From an uncultured Fibrobacterota bacterium (GTDB lineage Bacteria; Fibrobacterota; Chitinivibrionia; Chitinivibrionales; FEN-1185): a DNA stretch of 64,000 nucleotides. The notes under the pieces were generated by a model. That model worked only from the letters and a program-made list of their open reading frames with translations, did not search any database and was not told the DNA's origin. Positions 57,604 to 64,000 of the stretch are shown here, one piece after another; the stretch's first letter is position 1; each line of letters begins with the position of its first letter. The position numbers and the translations under genes were made by a program. The DNA lies in the NCBI GenBank assembly GCA_963729895.1, contig CAVSQB010000022.1, forward strand, positions 64,001 through 128,000. The letters run 5' to 3'.

Positions 57604-57632
57604 TTGACAAAACATGCCAGGAAACGTACAAT
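57604..57632 (+). promoter_or_regulatory. Sigma70-type promoter
   Basis: TTGACA-N17-TACAAT upstream of 57749. Confidence 0.7.
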
Positions 57633-57748
57633 CTCAAATAAGGCGGGCCGCGGGAAAGGCGCCGGCGAGGGCGCCGTCCACGTTCTATAATCCGTCAAGG
57701 CCGCAGCCCTTCTGAGCGGTCCGGAAATCACCAACGAAACGGGACAGC

Positions 57749-60064
57749 ATGAGAAGAGAGATCAACTCCGCAGGCATGATGTACGCCATTTTCTTTCTGT
57801 CGGGAATAAGCGGACTTGTGTACGAGACGGTTTGGCTCAGGATGCTGATCCGGGTCCTGGGAAACACCGTGTATGCGACGTCGGTCATTCTGGCGGCTTT
57901 CATGGCCGGATTGGCGATCGGAAGCTTTGCGATAGGCCGGATTACGGGGCGGATAAAGAACGGATTGCGCTTCTACGCTTTTCTTGAACTGGGTGTGGCG
58001 CTGTCGGCGGTCGCCCTGGTGTCGGTGTTCGATCACCTGGCCCCTCTCTACCGGGTTATGTATGCGCTGGCTTCGGGTCACCGGACACTGCTCACGCTGT
58101 TTCAATCGATTCTTATGGTGGCGCTGCTTATTGTTCCCACGAGCCTCATGGGCGGAACGCTTCCGATCTTGAGCGCGTATACCAGGCGTTTTCAAAGCGG
58201 ACACTCACGGCGCATCGGCATTCTGTACGGATCAAATACGCTCGGCGCGTTCATCGGCGTTGTCGGCAGCGGGCTGTATGCAATCGGCGCCTGGGGAGAA
58301 TGGCAAACCGTTTATGGCGGGGCTCTGCTGAACCTGGTTGTTTCGTTGTTTGCATTCGGAATGTCCCGAGAGCTTGCGGGCGTGGAAAGCCCCGCAGCGT
58401 CCGGGGCAGACGGAACCAAGACCGGATCACCCCTGACATACAGGAAACTCATTCTTTGGGCTTACGCCGCGAGCGGGTTTGCGGCGATTTCCTACGAAAT
58501 CGTCTGGACACGCATGTTTCAGATCGAATTGGGAACGTCCATCTACGCTTTCAGCATGATGCTCGGGTTCTATCTTCTCGGCATCGGCCTGGGAAGCCTT
58601 GCCGGAGGGATCCTCATCCGGAAAATCAACAACAGCCTCAAGCTTTTCGGCTGGTTGCAGCTTGTGGTGGCGCTGTACGGCGTGGCAGGCATGTATTTTC
58701 TCGCCCGGTTCGAGCCCGTTACCTTTCTTCAGAACCTCGTTTTATCCAACATTATTGCCGTACCGCTCCTTATCGTAACGCCCCTGACGCTGGTGCTGGG
58801 CCTCATGTTCCCGGTCGTTTCTTCCCTTTATGTAAAAGAGCACGAGACCGGCCGCGGTGTGGGGCGGCTCTACTCGGCCAACACGGCCGGCTGCATCGCA
58901 GGATCGCTGGTGTGCGGTTTCATTTTGATCGGTACTTTTGGCACCAGGGGAACCATGATTCTTCTGGCAGGGATGAATGCCGTTCTCGGTGCGGCGATCC
59001 TTCTGGTTGCCGGTCGCCGCAGGGCTCTTCTTTCCGCCGTGCCGGCGGTCGCGGCAATAGCCGCAGCCGCGCTGTTTTCTCCTGATCCGTTTCTGGCGGC
59101 AATCGGCAAAACGGTGCATAAGGTGTACGGTGACCGGGCCTCCCAGGTTACCTTGTACCACCATCGGGAGCGCGCAGCAGCAACTACCACGGCGCTCGGC
59201 ATCACCAGCGACCCGCTCACCAAGGAGCTCTTTGTCAACGGCATCGGCATGACCAGGCTGTGCACGGAAGCCAAGCTCATGGCGCATCTGCCGCTCGCGC
59301 TCCACCGCAATCCGCACAGCATTCTTGTGATCTGTTTCGGCATGGGCACGGCCCTCAGATCGGCGTGGACTCACGAAGGTATTTCCTGCGATGTCGTGGA
59401 GCTGGACGGCGAGACCTACAAATGCTTCAAATATTTTCATGCAAACGGCGACCGGGTGCTGGCCGATCCGCGAGTGCGGCACTACGTTGACGACGGCCGG
59501 AACTTCTTGCTTATGAGCAGGCGGACCTACGACGTGATAACCATGGACCCTGCTCCTCCGCTTTGGAGCGCGGGCACCGTGAACCTTTACACGAGAGAAT
59601 TCTTCGGTTTGTGCCGGAGCCACCTGGCCGGCGGGGGCATCATGTGTCTATGGATACCGCCGGCCGGCTTTTCCGAGGTACGGATGATCATGAAGACCTA
59701 TCAGAGCGTTTTCCCCGCAACCTGGGTCTATGGCGGTCCCCACAACGCAGGATTTTATATGGTGGGTTCTACAGTCCTGCCGGATACAAGCATTGCAAGG
59801 CTCCGCGAGGTTTTGGGCAGCGGACCCGTTGAAGCGGACCTGAACGAGTGGGAACTGCGGCCTCTTACCCCCGAAGCAGTCCAGAGCCTTTATCTTATGG
59901 GCCCGGACGCGTTGAGGATATTTGCGAGCGGCGCTCCGGTAATTACCGACAACAATCCGTACACCGAATTCCCTTTGTGGAGGAGCATGTGGGACAAGAC
60001 CTACCGCTACACGCTCGACGCCGGGGGGCTGTGGTCCTGGAAGATTCACAATTTCCCCAAGTAG
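57749..60064 (+). CDS. Fused membrane domain / spermidine synthase-like protein
   Basis: Two TM repeats (SG...YE.VW.R; LY..NT.G) then ICFGMG, VELD, DDGR, YDVITMD, NLYTREFF, TDNNP. Confidence 0.88.
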   Translation: MRREINSAGMMYAIFFLSGISGLVYETVWLRMLIRVLGNTVYATSVILAAFMAGLAIGSFAIGRITGRIKNGLRFYAFLELGVALSAVALVSVFDHLAPLYRVMYALASGHRTLLTLFQSILMVALLIVPTSLMGGTLPILSAYTRRFQSGHSRRIGILYGSNTLGAFIGVVGSGLYAIGAWGEWQTVYGGALLNLVVSLFAFGMSRELAGVESPAASGADGTKTGSPLTYRKLILWAYAASGFAAISYEIVWTRMFQIELGTSIYAFSMMLGFYLLGIGLGSLAGGILIRKINNSLKLFGWLQLVVALYGVAGMYFLARFEPVTFLQNLVLSNIIAVPLLIVTPLTLVLGLMFPVVSSLYVKEHETGRGVGRLYSANTAGCIAGSLVCGFILIGTFGTRGTMILLAGMNAVLGAAILLVAGRRRALLSAVPAVAAIAAAALFSPDPFLAAIGKTVHKVYGDRASQVTLYHHRERAAATTTALGITSDPLTKELFVNGIGMTRLCTEAKLMAHLPLALHRNPHSILVICFGMGTALRSAWTHEGISCDVVELDGETYKCFKYFHANGDRVLADPRVRHYVDDGRNFLLMSRRTYDVITMDPAPPLWSAGTVNLYTREFFGLCRSHLAGGGIMCLWIPPAGFSEVRMIMKTYQSVFPATWVYGGPHNAGFYMVGSTVLPDTSIARLREVLGSGPVEADLNEWELRPLTPEAVQSLYLMGPDALRIFASGAPVITDNNPYTEFPLWRSMWDKTYRYTLDAGGLWSWKIHNFPK

Positions 60065-60138
60065 GACGGTCGAGAGCGGGACACGCTTCTTTCCGAGAGA
60101 GGATATTCTGACCGCTCCTACGAAGATCCGGTCAAGCG

Positions 60139-62154
60139 TCAATCGCTTTTTATTTCCAGGATCCAATAGTGGTCAATCGGCACGTTCAGAACGGGAACGA
60201 CCCCTTTGTTTTTCCCCTCCTCAACATCGTAGTAGCCCGGATAATCCGGCATCAGGAGATATTTGATCTTCAGGTCTTTTAACTTTTGAGAAAACGGACT
60301 TATTCCTATTCCGTAGCTGTCTTCATAGAATCGCTTGAAATTCACCCTGTCAACTTCCGGTCGATTGAGTACCATCACATGTGCAAACCGATTGTAAATG
60401 GCCTCGTTTTTCCCTAAAGGGTCCAGTATCTTCATTGCCGACATATCGGGAACATATTTTGTTCCATTAAAAACCCTTGCTCCCGTTGCCATAATGAATC
60501 CGCTTTGTATTTCGTCGCCGTAAACGACCCAATTTGCCTGAGGGTCTCTTACGACGATATTCTTCACGGCGTGATAAAGCTTCTTATCAATAATAAAGCC
60601 AAGACCGCGGGAGATCGGATAGACGGAATAGGTCGAGAGCACGACATAGACAAGGATCGCAAGGCAAAAGAGCCGCGTCTTATGATTTAAGAGCAGGCAA
60701 ACAGCCAAAGAAAAGAAAACACTAATGAGGCCAATGTGCCATAACTGGAAAAAGTTGTTTGTTCGTGACTTCAAATACAATCCATAAACAACAAAACACG
60801 ACAATAGAATGACGAACAAGATCATGTTCTTGCTCGGACTAAAACGAATCGCGCTGTTTTTCGAATGCAAATAGACAACGGTCAGAATAATAGAACCGAC
60901 CCCTATTCCAATAACGGCCCGGTAGGAGGGAACAAAAGTCAATAAGGTCAACTTTGAAAGGATCGGCGGAAACCCGACAAGGACGAAGAATGTCAAAAAC
61001 AACAGGTATGCCGATAGCGCAATCTGCAACGGGTCAAATTTTCCCTTTATGACATCAACCAGTACTGCCGTGATAATAACCGGAAAAAAAAACAAAAAAC
61101 TGCTTGTTTCACAAACATTGAGCCAGAGAAACTTTTGTTCATTAAAGAAAATGCCGTAAAATCCTGAAAACAACCGGTCTATTCCAAACCCTCCTCCGCT
61201 TGATATCCGTTTTCCGGGATATGCCGTATTCATGGTCAACGCAATAGTTTCCTTTAAATCCGTATAGAATAAACAGGCAACGATGATCACTGCGAAGAAG
61301 CAAGCGCCCAGCAAACATATCCGCAGCGCAACGTGTTGCATCACGACATCGCGCTTCAGGTTCTTGACAAAATACCCCGTTACCACGGCAATCATAAGCA
61401 GGCCCAACGGGACCTGAAAAGGCGGGTAGATTGCCAATGAGAAATTCAGAATGAAAAGAAACAAGGCTGCTGCGCTTATGATCATGGTGAGACGTTTTGT
61501 GGATGATACAACGTAAATAGAAGAAATCAAGATGCAATTGAATGCGGACAGGACCACGCTCGGCGTCGAAAGGTTCCACCATTGGACAAAGCTGGAAAAA
61601 AACAGGAAAAGACATCCGAAAACCGAAAGCAACAGATTATTCTTCGTTAATAGCATAAACAGCAAAAACGAGCTTATGATGAGACTGAACACTCCGTAGT
61701 TCCAAATATAGGAAAATCCTTTCTCCATCTCCAGAACCAAGAAACCCCAGTACTGAGGTTGAAAGAAAACCGAAAAATGGGAAGTTGGAAGGCCCATGAG
61801 AAGAGACACTTTCTTGGGCCCAAAGGAATAATTTTCAACAGGAAATTTATTCGCCGCCTGGGATAGAAAGAAAGGGGAGGCAGTAAGCCATTCGTCGACT
61901 CTGATGAACTTCGGCGAGCCGAAAAGGACCTTTGACGCGGTTCGCGGGCCGCCGTACGTGGGAAAAAAGGCATCCCATATAGCAACAGAGGAATAGTGAA
62001 TTTTGAAGGAAACGAGGATGACAAACAGGACCAGGAGGGCGGAAATAAGGATCAGACTTTTTTTCTCAAAGACGATGAGATGTTCTTCGGAAATTCTTTT
62101 GCCCGCGGCGTCCAGCGAAGTGCCGATTCGCGCAATAAGAGTTGAAGCAATCAT
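60139..62154 (-). CDS. Polytopic membrane protein, probable GT-C glycosyltransferase
   Basis: IRVDEW after first TM, YPPFQ, TAYPGKR, YNRFAH; start placed at MIAST. Confidence 0.7.
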   Translation of the reverse strand: MIASTLIARIGTSLDAAGKRISEEHLIVFEKKSLILISALLVLFVILVSFKIHYSSVAIWDAFFPTYGGPRTASKVLFGSPKFIRVDEWLTASPFFLSQAANKFPVENYSFGPKKVSLLMGLPTSHFSVFFQPQYWGFLVLEMEKGFSYIWNYGVFSLIISSFLLFMLLTKNNLLLSVFGCLFLFFSSFVQWWNLSTPSVVLSAFNCILISSIYVVSSTKRLTMIISAAALFLFILNFSLAIYPPFQVPLGLLMIAVVTGYFVKNLKRDVVMQHVALRICLLGACFFAVIIVACLFYTDLKETIALTMNTAYPGKRISSGGGFGIDRLFSGFYGIFFNEQKFLWLNVCETSSFLFFFPVIITAVLVDVIKGKFDPLQIALSAYLLFLTFFVLVGFPPILSKLTLLTFVPSYRAVIGIGVGSIILTVVYLHSKNSAIRFSPSKNMILFVILLSCFVVYGLYLKSRTNNFFQLWHIGLISVFFSLAVCLLLNHKTRLFCLAILVYVVLSTYSVYPISRGLGFIIDKKLYHAVKNIVVRDPQANWVVYGDEIQSGFIMATGARVFNGTKYVPDMSAMKILDPLGKNEAIYNRFAHVMVLNRPEVDRVNFKRFYEDSYGIGISPFSQKLKDLKIKYLLMPDYPGYYDVEEGKNKGVVPVLNVPIDHYWILEIKSD

Positions 62155-62418
62155 TTGCAGGCCTTTTTGTATTCTTGTTGAACCATGGTGTGCAAATGGT
62201 TCAACACGACGGCAACTTTTTTCCTTCAACAAGGGGCAAGGGCGGCTGCCCGCACAAAACAACGGGGCTCGAACAAGGACAAATATACTACGACGGAGCG
62301 TCAATGAGAAGCGCGCGGCCCTGCGTCAAAAAATTCGCCAATTTTGCCTTGAATGCCGGCGTTCGTAATTATATAGTAATGAGGAAACGGGGGTTATTTC
62401 CTTTGCAGGAGCTCTCCA

Positions 62419-62691
62419 ATGACAAAATGGGAATACCAGTTCTTAATCGCGGAAAAGTACGGCAAAGGAATTTTCGGTTTTGTGCTGCCGCGGGAAATCT
62501 CGTGGAAGATCCATTACATAAACGGCAAGCAGCAGCAGAATTGGGCTGACGTGACTCTCTTTAACTATCTCGGCAAAATGGGCGAACAGGGGTGGGAAGT
62601 CGCATCCATGACATCGCACATGTCGGTACGGTCCGGTACGCTTCCGATCGAGCATCTCTATATAATCCTGAAGAAATCCCAGGAATCCTGA
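62419..62691 (+). CDS. DUF4177-like small protein
   Basis: KWEY...LGKMGEQGWEV...ILKK; upstream TTGAAT-N17-TATAGT. Confidence 0.75.
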   Translation: MTKWEYQFLIAEKYGKGIFGFVLPREISWKIHYINGKQQQNWADVTLFNYLGKMGEQGWEVASMTSHMSVRSGTLPIEHLYIILKKSQES

Positions 62692-62844
62692 CGACAAAGA
62701 TCCCTTTTTTCCTTTGTGTTCACGCTCCGTTCCTCTCCGGTAGTTCATGCATCCCATCAAACGGTGAAACACTTTCAAAACGCGATCGGCCCCTTTTGGT
62801 ATATTACGGTGAGCCGACAAACCAGCCATTCGATATAACGGCGC

Positions 62845-64000
62845 ATGGAAAACATTTCCCTGAGAACGAAGATTCTGCTTGCCGCGTGCGCCGCGCTTGT
62901 CTACGGCGCGGGCCTGTGCGTTACGGTGATGGACATTGATGCAGCCCAGTATGCCTCAATGAGCTGTCAAATCGCCGCAAGCAGGCACTTCTGGACTTCG
63001 CTGCTCCAGCCGGCCGGATATCTCGACAAGCCGCCCCTGCTCTTCTTCCTTTCCGCCGCGTCTTTCAAAGTCCTGGGCGTTTCCACGGTGAGCTACAAGA
63101 CCCCATCGTTCCTTATTACGCTCCTTGGGTTCTATGCAACCTACCGCCTGGGCGCACTACTTTACAATAAGCGAATAGGCATACTTGCGGCTGCCGTTCT
63201 TTGCTCCTGCGAAGGGATCATCTTTTTCACCAATGATGTCCGGACCGATGCGCTTCTTACGGGAACGGTTGTCTTTTCCGTGTGGCAGATAGCGGAGTTC
63301 ATCAAAACCGGAAGGGCCGGGTTCTTTCTCGGAGGAACTTTCGGCGTCGCGCTTGCCATGCTTGCCAAAGGCCCCATCGGCCTTATGGTTCCGGTTCTTG
63401 CCGTGGGGAGCTACTTGGCGGGAAAACGCAGGTTCGGGATGTTCTTAAAATGGTACTGGCCGGTGGGCGGCTTTATTGTGATGCTTTTGCTCATGCCCAT
63501 GCTGTGGGGCCTGTACTCGCAATACGGGTGGCGCGGCATCCGGTTTTATTTCTGGACCCAGAGCTTTGGAAGAATCACCGGCCAAAGCTCGTGGCATGAC
63601 ACATCGGGATACTTCTATTTTGTCCATACTTTCCTCTGGGCGTTCCTGCCGTGGATGCTGCTGGCCTATTACAGCATCGGCGATCACGTTTTCCGGGCAA
63701 TCAAGAACAGGTTCGACCCTGCGAAGGCAAACGACCTGCTGCTTCTTGGAGGAACCGTTCTTCCCTTTGTCGCACTGTCGTGCTCTCATTACAAATTGCC
63801 GCACTACATCTTTGTGATTTTTCCGCTGGCGGCGATACTGACGGCAAAGACCATTTGCGAGCTGGCCGAGACGCAGCGCGAGAGGAAAGCCTTCCGCATA
63901 TTTTTTCATACGCAGCGAGTGTGCTGCATGCTGATGTGGGTCTTTGCTCTTGTATGTATGACCGTCTTCTTCCCCTGCAAGAACCCTTTCGTATGGCTTC
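62845..64000 (+). CDS. ArnT-like (GT-C) glycosyltransferase, runs off window edge
   Basis: Not in ORF track. Manual translation MENISL...DIDAAQYASMS...YLDKPPLLF...DVRTD...AKGPIG...LPW...KLPHY. Confidence 0.88.
   Translation, partial: MENISLRTKILLAACAALVYGAGLCVTVMDIDAAQYASMSCQIAASRHFWTSLLQPAGYLDKPPLLFFLSAASFKVLGVSTVSYKTPSFLITLLGFYATYRLGALLYNKRIGILAAAVLCSCEGIIFFTNDVRTDALLTGTVVFSVWQIAEFIKTGRAGFFLGGTFGVALAMLAKGPIGLMVPVLAVGSYLAGKRRFGMFLKWYWPVGGFIVMLLLMPMLWGLYSQYGWRGIRFYFWTQSFGRITGQSSWHDTSGYFYFVHTFLWAFLPWMLLAYYSIGDHVFRAIKNRFDPAKANDLLLLGGTVLPFVALSCSHYKLPHYIFVIFPLAAILTAKTICELAETQRERKAFRIFFHTQRVCCMLMWVFALVCMTVFFPCKNPFVWL

Overview
Bacterial chromosome segment spanning the replication-origin region. 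Core: dnaN-dnaA <> rpmH-rnpA-yidD-yidC-mnmE-mnmG-rsmG-parA-parB-M23 peptidase-bactofilin, with two perfect parS sites and two separate DnaA-box clusters, then pyrF, murA, an isolated T6SS-type ClpV, tRNA(CAT) and a heptose kinase. Left arm (1-20.5 kb, minus strand, directly downstream of dnaN): a surface-polysaccharide locus. It has a DegT aminotransferase, a MarR-type EPS regulator with a perfect operator-like palindrome, wzz, and a visibly AT-richer block (wzx, CMP-sugar synthetase, oxidoreductases, methyltransferases, epimerase) whose first gene is split by an intact IS3-family element with a 4-bp target duplication. Between the regulator and that block is the most unusual stretch (12.4-18.7 kb). 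It is a co-oriented stack of nucleotidyltransferase-based toxin-antitoxin-like modules (2 MNT-HEPN pairs, 2 larger NTases, 2 collapsed NTase relics), punctuated by four copies of one small unknown ORF and a diverged partial second wzz. Right arm (44-64 kb): an ABC transporter trio and a membrane (GT-C) glycosylation cluster with B12 radical SAM enzymes and a fused membrane spermidine-synthase-like protein. All calls come from reading motifs by eye; no searches were run.
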